This document shows, one piece after another, positions 51,428 to 63,745 of a stretch of DNA of 64,000 nt. Every line of letters starts with the position of its first letter. Position 1 is the stretch's first letter. Origin of the DNA: Octopus vulgaris. Taxonomy: Eukaryota. The DNA lies in NCBI GenBank assembly GCA_951406725.2, contig OX597838.1, positions 32,364,001-32,428,000 on the forward strand, read 5' to 3'. A program made the position numbers and the translations under genes. The notes beneath the pieces are model-generated. The model searched no databases, was not told the DNA's origin, and was given only the letters and a program-made list of their open reading frames with translations.

Positions 51428-52113
51428 GGGGCGTTTTTGCCTGGGTAACTCCAATTAATAGGTATGCACTGTGAGTGCTCAATTTGGTATGCCACTAAAA
51501 TTCCGGTATAAACCATGGCTGAATGCGTAGTAACACGTGAGCCCTTCTAAAGCCTTTCTAGAAAATATATACACCTTTATTATATCATATTATAGGTTCA
51601 GGAGTGGCTGTGTGGTATATAGCTTGCTTACCAACTACGTGGTTCTGGGTTCAGTCCCACTGCATGGCAACTAGGGCAAGTGTCTTCTACTATAGTCTCA
51701 GGCCGACCAAAGCCTTGTGAGTGGATTTGGTAGATGGAAACTGAAAGAAGCCCATCTTATATATATATATGTATATGTTTGTGTCTGTGTTTTTCTCCAC
51801 TTCATCGATTGACAACCGATGTTGGTGTGTTTGTGTCCCCGTAACTTAGTGGTTCGGCAAAACGCATTGATAGGATAAGTACTACGCATACAAAGAATAA
51901 GTCCTGGGGTCAATTTGTCCGACAAAAGGCAGTGCTCTAGCTTGGCCTCAATGAAATTACTGAACCAAATAAAAGCAAAGCAATAAAGAATATAACTAAA
52001 TTAAATGTCCTTGTCAAGTCTTACCAAATTGCTTGCCTCTTCGTTTCTGCTTTAATCTATGTATATATATATATATATATATCTATGTATATATATATAT
52101 ATATGTGTGTGTG

Positions 52114-52446
52114 AAGGCGCATGGCTCAGTGGTTAGAGCATCGAGCTTACGATTGTGAGGTTGTGAGTTTGAATCCCTAACTGGGCTGCGTGTTGTGTTT
52201 TTGAGCAAGACACTTTATTTCACGTTGCTCCAGTTTCACTCAGCTGTAGAAATGAGTTGCGACGTCACAGATGCCAAGCTGTATCGGCCTTTGCCTTTCC
52301 CTTGGATAACACTGGGGGCGTGGAGAGGGGAGGCCGCTATGCATGGCGACTGCTGGTCTTCCATAAACTACCTTGCCCGGACTTGTGCCTGGGAGAGTAA
52401 TTTTCTAGGTGCAATCCCACGGTCAGCCATGACCGAAGGGGGTCTT
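52114..52446 (+). mobile_element. SINE family C
   Basis: Matches 13808-14142. Confidence 0.85.
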
Positions 52447-52489
52447 AATATATATATATATATATATATATCTTTCATTCTTTTGTTGT

Positions 52490-52920
52490 CTTACTTTTTC
52501 TATCTATCGGATGGAAGGCGTTTAATGGCATAAGGGATGTGCTCAAGGGAAGGTTGGTCAGAACCACCCATGCCAATCTCATCATCAACACAGTTCTACC
52601 TGCAATGTTATATGGTAGTGAAACATGGGCTACCACAAAGAGAGAAGAGCAGAGACTGGTAACAGCTCAAAGAGCCATGGAAAGGTCAATGCTTGGAATC
52701 TCGTTGAGAGAGCACATCTGTTGCGAGGTCATCAGAAAGAAGTCCGGCGTGAGGCATGTCATTGCAGAGTATACACACAGCAAGTTTACATATACATACA
52801 TACATACATATACATACATACATATATATAAACGATGATGATGATGATGATATATATATATATATATATATATACATACATACATACATACATACATACA
52901 TACATACATACATACATACA

Positions 52921-52951
<31 letters not shown>

Positions 52952-53699
52952 GTATATATATGTATGTATGTATACATATGTATATATATATGTATGTATG
53001 TATACATATGTATATATATATGTATGTATGTATACATATGTATATATATATATATGTATGTATACATATGTATATATATATATATGTATGTATACATATG
53101 TATATATATATATATATATGTATGTATACATATGTATATGTATGTATACATATGTATATATATATATTTGTATGTATACATATGTATATATATATATTTG
53201 TATGTATACATATGTATATATATATGTATGTATACATATGTATATATATATATTTGTATATATATATGTATGTATATATATATGTATATATATATATATA
53301 TATATATACATATGTATATATATATATATATGTATATCTTACTTTTTCTATCTATCGGATGGAAGGCGTTTAATGGCATAAGGGATGTGCTCAAGGGAAG
53401 GTTGGTCAGAACCACCCATGCCAATCTCATCATCAACACAGTTCTACCTGCAATGTTATATGGTAGTGAAACATGGGCTACCACAAAGAGAGAAGAGCAG
53501 AGACTGGTAACAGCTCAAAGAGCCATGGAAAGGTCAATGCTTGGAATCTCGTTGAGAGCACATCTGTTGCGAGGTCATCAGAAAGAAGTCCGGCGTGAGG
53601 CATGTCATTGCAGAGTATACACACAGCAAGTTTACATATACATATATACATACATACATATACATACATACATATATATAAACGATGATGATGATGATG

Positions 53700-53730
<31 letters not shown>

Positions 53731-53764
53731 CATACATACATACATACATACATACATACATACA

Positions 53765-53799
<35 letters not shown>

Positions 53800-54100
53800 G
53801 TATGTATACATATGTATATATATATATATGTATGTATACATATGTATATATATATATGTATGTATACATATGTATATATATATATGTATGTATACATATG
53901 TATATATATGTATGTATACATATGTATATATATATATATGTATGTATACATATGTATATATATATGTATGTATACATATGTATATATATATATTTGTATG
54001 TATACATATGTATATATATATATTTGTATGTATACATATGTATATATATATATATGTATGTATACATATGTATATATATATATATGTATGTATACATATG

Positions 54101-54149
<49 letters not shown>

Positions 54150-54161
54150 AATATACATATG

Positions 54162-54192
<31 letters not shown>

Positions 54193-54338
54193 ACATATGT
54201 ATATATATATATATGTATATATATATACATATATATATATATGTATGTATACATATGTATATATATGTATATATATATGTATGTATACATATGTATATAT
54301 ATGTATATATATATATATATATGTATATATATACATAT

Positions 54339-54390
<52 letters not shown>
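52490..54390 (+). repeat. Tandem duplication (~850-bp period) of an RTE 3' fragment plus (TACA)n/(TATG)n microsatellite
   Basis: The fragment encoding [14 protein letters not shown]...[10 protein letters not shown] starts at 52490 and at 53338, nearly identical. Confidence 0.9.
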
Positions 54391-54399
<9 letters not shown>

Positions 54400-55078
54400 A
54401 TGGGCTTCTTTCAGTTTCCATCTAACAAATCCACTCACAAGGCTATAGTAGAAGACACTTGCCCAAGGTGCTTTGCAGTAGGAGTGAAGTCAGACCACGT
54501 GGTTAAGAAGCAAGCTTCTTAACACACACCCATAGCTGCACCTACATATATTTATGTATATATGTATGTATGTGTATGTACGTATACATACATGCATTCA
54601 TACCTTCATGTGTATGTGTGGTCTGTTTGTAGTAGTGTCTTAGTTCAGTTTATACAGATTATGAAAGACTTCGGATGAATAAACAACTTTGTATGAAAGG
54701 TGGCTGGTTTTTACAAAAGGAAAATACTATACAGGTGTTTATTAACTACCTTCCTCACCGAAACCGGATTTGAATGAAACAAATTGTTTGATATATAAAT
54801 ATATATATATATACATGAGGCGGTATATAGTGAAGGCACTTGACTCAGTGGTTAGAGTGTCAGACTCACAATCTTGAGGTCGTGAGTTCAATTATTGGAC
54901 TGAGCTGTGGTGTGTTCTTGGGCATGACATTTTATTTCACATTGCTCCAGTTTACTCACCTGTAGAAATGAGTCGTGACATCATTGGTGCCAAGCTGTTT
55001 CGGCCTTTGCCTTTCCCTTGGGTAACATTGGTGTGAAGGAGGGAGGCTTGTATGCATGAGTGACTGCTGGTCTTCCAG

Positions 55079-55460
55079 TGGAGGCACAATGACCAGTGGT
55101 TAGGGCAGTGGACTCGCGGTCAGAGGATCGCGGTTTCCATTCCCAGACCGGGTGTTGTGTGTGTTTATTGAGCGAAAACACCTAAAGCTCCATGAGGCTC
55201 CGGCAGGGGCTGGTGGCGACCCCTGTTGTACTCTTTCACCCCAACTTTCTCTCACTCTTTCTTCCTGTTTCTTATCCCCAACTTCCTACGCAACCGCTGA
55301 GCCTGGAATGCACATTCATCCATCCGTCGATGCTCTCGGTGTCGGGGGTTGACCTGCTTTCTCTTCTGTGGGTCTTACGAATATAGCAAAGGACCACGTT
55401 TTGGACTTCTCCCACTCTGGGACGAAGACCGCTTTGCTCAGCAGCAACAGTGGCAGCCGG
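55079..55460 (+). mobile_element. SINE family D (third tail type) nested in a family C SINE
   Basis: Family D head ggaggcacaatgaccagtggttagggcag. The host sequence ggtcttcca is repeated on both sides. Confidence 0.75.
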
Positions 55461-56063
55461 TCTTCCATAAACAAATTTGCTTGCAATCCCATGGTCATTC
55501 ATAACCAAAGAGGTCTTTATCCTTTATACACAAGGAGGCACAGGAAAGTTTCTGGCGTTCGGTAAAAGAAAATACAGGAGGGTCATCAGTTAATTATGAT
55601 TCTATTCAACATATTCCCCCCTTGGATTCACACACTTATTGCAGAAGTCCTTCAGATTTTCTGCGCCTCCAACCAGGCCTTTCACTAGGAACTTTTCAGC
55701 ATCCTCTTGTGTGTGTGTGTGTGTGTGTGTGTGTGCAATATATACGCATGCATGCACATACATAACCACTACACACATTTTTTTTCTCTCCTTGTTTTTT
55801 TCTGTGTCCCTTTCTGTAGAAAGGGACACATGCTGGCACGGGTTGGACAGTTTGACTGGCCTGGGTGGCATGCTGGAAGGGCACACCAATTATCTTCAGT
55901 GCCTTTTTTTTTTTTATCTTCATGGGTAAAGTATGATTTGATAAACATTTGGCTGTTGTATCTAATAAGTATGTGACCACTTTCAGGCTCTTTATTGGTT
56001 CGAAATTATAACATTTTATTTGTTGCTGTTTTGGTAGATGGAAACTGAAAGAAGCCCATCGTA

Positions 56064-56103
<40 letters not shown>

Positions 56104-56569
56104 ATATATATGTGTGTTGTGTGTCTGTTTTTGTCTCCCCAACATCGCTTGACAACCGATGGTGGTGTATTTATGTGCTCGTAACTTAGCGGTTCGGCAA
56201 AAGAGACCGATAGAATAAGTACTAGGCTTACAAAGAATAAGTCCTGGGGGTCGATTTGCTCAACTAAAGGCGGTGCTCCAGCATGGCCACAGTCACATGA
56301 CTGAAACAAGTTAAAGAGCAAAGAGTATATCTGGCCCAAGTATTTTATCTGTGTTATTTCCAAACTGGCCAGATCTAATCTTTCACGCCTGTTCTACAAT
56401 CTCATTCTACAGATAATCATTCAACGTTCACATTTATGAAATAATGCATGATTAATTGAAAACAATGGGAATGAGTAAGCATGATATTTGACAGAGAAAT
56501 CTGAATGCTAAATGGTTAATTCCAGGTCATTTTTGGGAGCCAGTAGATCTATGATAAAAAACATTCCAG

Positions 56570-56919
56570 TCTCTCTATATATAAACAGCAAAATGTCTGT
56601 CTGTATGTATGTGTGTGTGTATCCTTTATACAAATCCACAATTTTTCAGTTAGAGGGCTCGCACTTTCTATGGTCATTCAAAACCGTCCAAGGGTGGTCG
56701 TGCACATCTTTACATTTCCCCAGTCACCCCGCAAAGCCATTAAATAATCAATAGAAGTGACTTTTTTGTGAATTTTCTATCCAAAACCCAATCAAAATGC
56801 CCAAAACTAGACACGCCAATTGAATGCCAGCTAGCTGTATGTGATTTTCGGAGATTTGGACAGTACTTACGTGTATGTGCGCACACATGCAGCTGTATAT
56901 GCATGCACTAGCACTATGA
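56570..56919 (+). mobile_element. Non-autonomous Helitron, copy 3, 3'-truncated
   Basis: Matches 11822-12195 and stops within the left arm of the terminal hairpin. Confidence 0.75.
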
Positions 56920-57049
56920 TAAAAGACATTCCAGTCTGTGCCTATCCCATCTATTCTAACCAAACAAAATATAGCATAGCTTGGGCTCTGTTATCTTATA
57001 TGTCTTTTTTTTTTTAAGATACTAGGTGTGATTAAAGGAGATTTGACTG

Positions 57050-57233
57050 TAGGCACAGGAGTGGCTGTGTGGTAAGTAGCTTGCTTACCAACCGCATGGT
57101 TCGGGGTTCAGTCCCACTGCGTGGCATCTTGGGCAAGTGTCTTCTGCTATAGCCCCGGGCTGACCAATGCCTTGTGAGTGGATTTGGTAGACGGAAACTG
57201 AAAGAAGCCTGTCGTATATATGTATATATATAT

Positions 57234-57289
<56 letters not shown>

Positions 57290-57497
57290 CTGTGTTTGTC
57301 CCCCCAGCATTGCTTGACAACCGATGCTGGTGTGTTTACATCCCCACATCCCCGTCACTTAGCGGTTCAGCAAAAGAGACCGATAGAATAAGTACTGGGC
57401 TTACAAAGAATAAGTCCCGGGGTCGATTTGCTCGACTAAAGGCGGTGCTCCAGCATGGCTGAAGTCAAATGACTGAAACAAGTAAAAGAGTAAAAGA
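57050..57497 (+). mobile_element. SINE family A, full length
   Basis: Matches 9376-9823. Confidence 0.9.
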
Positions 57498-57785
57498 AGA
57501 GTGTAGTAAAAAATTCATGATTCCAGATATAGATGAAGGGTGATAGGCTGGATAAGAAACCCATCCAACCACGGTTGAGAAAACTAGGAACAACATATAC
57601 CGATGATCAGTGTTATTGTTTAACCCTAGGTTAGCAGATTGAGTAACCACTTTCAGTCTTTTAGTCTGTCTCTCTCTTATCAGCTCAAACAAGTCCTCAG
57701 TTGTTGTTATTGTTCAGTTCCAGGTCAGTCTCTAGCCAAGCATATTTATGACCAGAAGCAGTCTTGTTTTGTCCTTTTCTATGTA

Positions 57786-58330
57786 TTGGGTTGTCCGGAA
57801 AGTTCACGCCGATTTATAGTAGCTTACCTTTCGACTTATTTTAGAACATGGTTGAGGCCATAAAATTTAGAGCACAGTTTTAGCTATCTTTTTGTGGAAG
57901 AAGGTTTATGTTCCTATAACCTGTGTTAATTCTGTAACCCTTTAAAATGGAAGATAAGAAAGTTCATTTTCGGTACTTGATACTTTGGGAACCAGACAAA
58001 AATTGCTGCAGCTTGGCTGGGATGTGTTACCCCACCCTCCATATTCACCAGATATTGCTCCTTTGGATTTCCACTTATTCAGGTCTCTGCAGAATAGTCT
58101 TAATGGTAAAAATTTCAATTCCTTGGATGACGTAAAAAGATACCTTGATGAATTCTTTGCCATGAAACCACCTCAATTCTGGGAAGAGGGTATTTTCGAG
58201 TTAAAGGAAAGATGGAGATGCATTGTGCAACAAAATGGTTCATATTTGGTTGATTAAAAATGTAATGGCAAGTATTTGTTGACCTTTTTCTTTCCTTTAA
58301 AAATCAGCACAAACTTTCTGGACAACCCAA
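57786..58330 (+). mobile_element. Internally deleted mariner transposon with both TIRs and TA TSD
   Basis: TA|ttgggttgtccggaaagtt...aactttctggacaacccaa|TA. ORF 57985-58257 encodes LGWDVLPHPPYSPDIAPLDFHLFRSLQN. Confidence 0.92.
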
Positions 58331-58850
58331 TAGAATCAAATAAAATGTTCTCCGATTATGGAATTTCATATTTTGGTAAATATAGGTGCTGGCACGGCTC
58401 TCTGGTAAGGAGTTTGCTTCTCATCTGCATGGTTCTGGGTTCATTGTTACTGCATTGCACCTTGGGCAAGTGTCTTCTACAATAAGCCCAAGCCAACAAA
58501 AGCTTTGTGTGTGGATTTGGTAGATGGAAACTGAAAGAAGCCCATTACATATATATATGTGTGTTGTTTGTGTCTTCTTCTCTTGAACTCACATGATAGT
58601 TGTAAATGATTGTCACTGTCATACAAGCGGTGTCATTCATTTCCAATATTCTGTGAGAACACGTTTGGCCATGGAGGGAATATTACCTTGCTTGGAAGCA
58701 GAAGAGAGGAGGCGACAGGAAGGACATTTGAACATAGAAAATCTGCCTCAAAAAACTCTGTCTGACCCAAAAGAAGACATCATCAAACCAACAGGGAAGA
58801 TTCTATGAGATTGTTTGATTTGCTAGAAATAGAAGGCAAGTCACCTTTAA

Positions 58851-59071
58851 TCCCTTAGCATTCAGATTATTCTGTCAAATGTAAAGCTTATCTATTCACA
58901 TTGTTTTGATTTAACCAAGCATTACCTCGTAGTTTTGAGATATTGATGATGTGATCGTTTATCTTTAGAATGACATTTTAGAGTAGGTGTGATAGGCCAG
59001 ATCAGGTCAGTTTGAACTTAAAACAGGTTGAATTTTTGGGCTGGATATGACCAAGTTTGGATGCTAAAGGG
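58851..59071. mobile_element. TTAA-flanked piggyBac-like MITE
   Basis: TTAA|tcccttagcattc...gatgctaaaggg|TTAA. Related pieces occur near 42262-42510 and 56330-56520. Confidence 0.6.
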
Positions 59072-59408
59072 TTAAATCACATGCTTCAGTCTTAGAAAAG
59101 AACAAATCAGTTAAAATGATTTAGGGTGCAGTGTGCCTGAGGAAAAAGGGGACAGTCAGAGCCGAAATGTAGTTGATTACAGAGCTGCTCAGTCAGAGCT
59201 GACCTAGGGCTAAACTCTAACAATGGTGTCAGTATATGTTTCTTGTATTCTCAACCATGATTGGCTGGGCTTCCTATCCAACATATCGCTCTTCATCTCT
59301 GTCTGGTATCATCTTGAAATTTTACCTTAACACTTCTTTGCTCACCCAGTCCTCATCAACTGCCAATTTCTTTTTACCATCAGTTTGTATTACAACATCA
59401 TTTTCATA

Positions 59409-59800
59409 TAGGCGCAGGAGTGGCTGTGTGGTAAGTAGCTTGCTTACCAACCACATGGTTCTGGGTTCAGTCCCACTGCGTGGCACCTTGGGCAAGTGTC
59501 CTCTACTATAGCCTCGGGCCGACCAAAGCCTTGTGAGTGGATTTGGTAGACGGAAACTGAAAGAAGCCCGTCGTATATATGTATATATATATATATGTGC
59601 GTGTGTTTGTCCCCCTAGCTTTGCTTGACAACCGATGCTGGTGTGCTTATGTCCCCGTTACTTAGCGGTTCGGCAAAAGAAAGAGACTGATAGAATAAGT
59701 ACTAGGCTTACAAAGAATAAGTCCTGGGGTCGATTTGCTTGACTAAAGGCAGTGCTCCAGCATGACCGCAGTCAAATGACTGAAACAAGTAAAAGAGTAA
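59409..59800 (+). mobile_element. SINE family A, full length
   Basis: Matches 9376-9823. Confidence 0.9.
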
Positions 59801-59804
59801 AAAA

Positions 59805-59856
<52 letters not shown>

Positions 59857-60840
59857 ATGGGTGTGTTTGTGTCCCCTTCTCTTGATGTCACATGACAGTT
59901 GTAAACAAATGTCACCGACATACAAATTATGCTGGAGCACAACGCAGTCCTTCAACCCATTCAACCCATTCCAGCATGGAACACATATGATGATGATGAT
60001 GATGAATTCTTTGGTATTTGAAAGCCCCCCTCCCCTTCCCTACAACTGCGAAAATTTTATGCAAGTTTTCTCTCAGTCTTTTAAAAAATGTTATCTACAT
60101 GAATTTCTTTCCAACACCTCAGAAGTTGGCCATCTGCAAAAAAGGCTACAACCAAAATGGAGCAACTGGCAGCAATTTGTCAATCCTCTAACTAAAAATG
60201 CCTTGCTGAGACCCCTTTCGGTCATGACTGACTGTGGGATTGCCTCCTAGAAAGTTACCCTCACACACACACACACATACACATATGTATGTATGTATGT
60301 ATGAGTGTATATGGTAGGCTTCTTTCAGTTTCCATCTACCAAATCCAGTTACAAGGCTTTGGTCAAACCTGGAGCTATAGTAGAAGACACTTGCCCAAGA
60401 TTTCATGTAGTGGGGACTGAACCTGAGACCATGTGATTGGGAAGTAATTTTCTTATCACACAGCTACACCTGTGCCTAGCCATACCTGGCGAATTAAATA
60501 ATTTCTCTCTCTAATTCATTGTTGCATGTTGCAATACGAATCACTCAGTTGCAATGAAGCATGAAATATCTGAACCAACACTTGTTATGGACACACTTGT
60601 TGGACCCAGTAGAGTTGGTGCAGTGGAGACGCTTTTGTTGGCTCAGTAGAGGTAGTTTTATTAGCTGGATATGGGTACATTTGGCCTAGTAGAGGGACAA
60701 TTGTTGCTTGGTATGGGCATACCTGTTGGCCCAGTAGGAGCAGTCATGTTGGTTTAGCATGGAGCTCTGTCATCAGCTCAGTATCATTGACACCATGCAT
60801 TTACATATATATATATATATATATGTGTGTATATATATAT

Positions 60841-61120
60841 GACCGTGACCAACCAGGCTATCAGATGTTGCTACACATCGCTGGTCACAATGCGCTTCAC
60901 ATTGTTTTAGCCTTCAAATGACGCCACCCCGCTGGCTAATTGAGCAGGCCAACAGAAGAAAGAGTGAGAGAAAGTTGTAGCGAAAGAGTACAACAGGGAT
61001 CGCCTTGTGGAGCTTTAGGTGTTTTCGCTCAATAAACACTCACAACGCCCGGTCTGGGAATCGAAACGTGATCCTACAACCGCGAGTCCACTGCCCTAAC
61101 CACTGGGCCATTGCGCCTCC
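60841..61120 (-). mobile_element. SINE family D (fourth tail type)
   Basis: Same head and core as 6443-6829 with an unrelated 3' part. Confidence 0.75.
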
Positions 61121-61244
61121 ACATATATACATACATATATATATATAACGGGAGGGTTTACGAAAATAAACAAAAGACGAAGGCAGGTGGAGTACAAACA
61201 AACAAATGTATTAGTATGGCGCTCAGGAATAGAAATAGAACAAG

Positions 61245-61282
61245 TCTTTTACGTTTCGAGCCTACGCTCTTCGACAGAAAGA
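61245..61282 (-). ncRNA. Minimal hammerhead-like motif with variant core (CUGUCGA-A), in (TA)n-anchored element 61148-61356
   Basis: UCUUU-CUGUCGA-a-GAGC(guag)GCUC-GAAA-cg-UA-AAAGA. Confidence 0.6.
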
Positions 61283-61399
61283 TACACAGAAAAGAAACAA
61301 GGAGAGAAACAAGGAGAGAAAAAAATGCGTGTAGGAGCTAACGGTCTATCATGGCGTTCTCGCTTTCTCTTATACAAGAAAAGCCATTGTTAGAAAGAA

Positions 61400-61870
61400 T
61401 CATTGAAAGAAGTCATTGATAATGCAATGTGAGGCCTTTGTATGACTCTTGAGCCGCACCAAAGATTTGCACATTTTATTGCATAATGCACAGTTGTGCT
61501 GGCTGGCAGAAGGAACCGGTTCTACAGTATGAAGTCTTTTGACATGCCTTTTTGAATCATCCAAGTGAAAGGCACACCTCTCCACAGGCTGCACATGTTC
61601 TGGTGTCGACAATAGCTGTATCATTCTTTACAAAGGGTTTGATTCCCAGTCGCTTCTTTTACGGCTGACCAGGCCTGCACGACTCAAAACATTTTCCTTC
61701 TACAAATCACGCACACACACACTTATATGTGCGTCAGACGTGTCGATCCTTTGTGATAAGCAGTATCCATCAACCGGACATGACCCTTGTTTACATTTCC
61801 CAGCACACTTCAACACTTGTTCCCAACAACCGGCTGCTCTCATCCAATGAGCTCTAAGCACAATAACACA
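61400..61870 (-). mobile_element. Non-LTR retrotransposon C-terminal fragment with C2H2-like motif
   Basis: CALCNKMCKSLVRLKSHTKASH at the end of a decayed frame, resembling RTE-type ORF2 ends. Confidence 0.45.
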
Positions 61871-62504
61871 GGTATTTCAACGTTTTCCTAACACACATAC
61901 ACGCACACACATTCACACACACACAACTTACTTTCTCACACATTTCATACATACACATCATTATTGGTATATACATACATATATATATATTCATATATCA
62001 CACCACTCCCCGCTCACTCATTCACACATAGATAATCATGTGCACACACACACACACACACATACATACGCACACACACACACACACACATACGCACACA
62101 CACACATATGCACACACACACACATATACGCACACACACACATACATACATACACACATACATACACACACATTCTTTACATTCCTTTATCTTGTGATTG
62201 GTGCTTGTAACACTTAACGTGACAATCCCATTTATTATGAGTGTTGGTCACTACTGTATTTATGGATCTGGGTTACTAACCATTGTGGAATAACAACAAT
62301 CCGTAGGCTTTGTCATTTGTTGTAGATACTCCGAGTGCCTGCATCTGCGCAATTACTTTTCGTGAAGCAGGCCTAAGAAATGATTTCTTTTCTTTTATTT
62401 CTTTACCTTTCTTTGTCGAGCCCATCAGTTGCGAATAAATGCAGGATACCCCTGTCCACTCCTCTGGAGCACAGCTGATACAGCTAGCTACCAAGTCTGT
62501 TGAA

Positions 62505-63023
62505 GGTATTACTGTTCGAAAAGGCAGCGAGCTGGCAGAAACGTTAGCACGCCGGGCGAAATGCTTAGCCATATTTCGTCTACCGTTACGTTCTGAGTTC
62601 AAATTCCGCCGAGGTCGACTTTGCCTTACATCCTTTCGGGGTCGATTAAATATTAAATAAGTACTAGTTACACACTGGGGTCGATATAATCGACTTAATC
62701 CATTTGTCTGTCCTTGTTTGTCCTCTCTGTGCTTAGCCCCTTGTGGGTAGTAAAGAAATAGGTATTACTGTTTGAAGGTAGCGAGCTGGCAGAAACGTTA
62801 GCACGCCGGGCGAAATGCATAGCCGTATTTCGTCTACCGTTATGTTCTGAGTTCAAATTCCGCCGAGGTCGACTTTGCTTTTCATCCTTTCGGGGTCGAT
62901 TAAATAAGTACCAGTTACATACTGGGGTCGATATAATCGACTTAATCCATTTGTCTGTCCTTGTTTGTCCTCTCTGTGTTTAGCCCCTTGTGGGTAGTAA
63001 AGAAATAGGTATTACTGTTTGAA
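62505..63023 (+). mobile_element. Head-to-tail tandem pair of family B SINEs with a thrice-repeated 16-bp target sequence
   Basis: ggtattactgttYgaa at 62505-62520, 62761-62776 and 63008-63023. Confidence 0.9.
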
Positions 63024-63269
63024 CTCAAAGAATCCAAACACATACTGCAATGAGGGCAAACATTCCACTGGTCCCCTGCCTGTCACTGTTCTTTCTTTAT
63101 CAACATCAAAAGGATGAAATGCAGAGTTGACTTTTGGTGAGATCTAAACTCACATTGCCGACAGTCATAAGAAATACAAGGCACAGCCAGTATGTCTTTA
63201 CCCCTTGTTTAAAAAAAATGTAGGGTGTGATTTTGAGGGGGATTTGGCTGCTATTTTGTAGTAGACCAG

Positions 63270-63745
63270 AACAACCAACTGGCTTCCGTACCTGTGGCAC
63301 GTAAAAGGGCACCATTCGAGCACGATCGTTACCAGCGTGCCTTACTGGCACTTGTGCCTGTGCTAGTTGGGTGCCAAGAGCACCATCCGAGCATGATCGT
63401 TGCCAGAGCAGCCAACTGGCGTCCGTACCCGTGGCACGTAAAAGGGCACGATTCGAGCGTGATCGTTACCAACGTTGCTTCACTGGCACCTGTGCCGGTG
63501 GCATGTGCAAAAAGATTCGAGTGAGGTCATTGCCAGTACCGCCTGACTGGTCCCCATGCCAGTGGCACGTAAAAAGCACCCACTACACTCTCGGAGTGGT
63601 TGGCATTAGGAAGGGCATCCAGCTGTAGAAACTCTGCCAGATCAAGATTGGAGCCTGGTGCAGCCATCTGGTTTGCCAGCCCTCAGTCAAAACGTTCAAC
63701 CCATGCTAGCATGGAAAGCGGATGTTAAACGATGATGATGATGAT
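63270..63745 (+). mobile_element. RTE LINE 3' UTR copy with (GAT)n tail
   Basis: Matches 39623-40100 in reverse. Confidence 0.85.

Noticed and set aside
2362-54522. Many long ORFs of YI/CV/LS/HT composition (e.g. 2385-3254, 32434-33285, 52835-54151)
   Set aside because: They are translations of stop-free microsatellites.
57520-59310. Inverted ~85-bp similarity (57520-57605 / 59230-59310) as TIRs of a large element
   Set aside because: Too diverged and no TSD, so more likely two copies of an old dispersed repeat.
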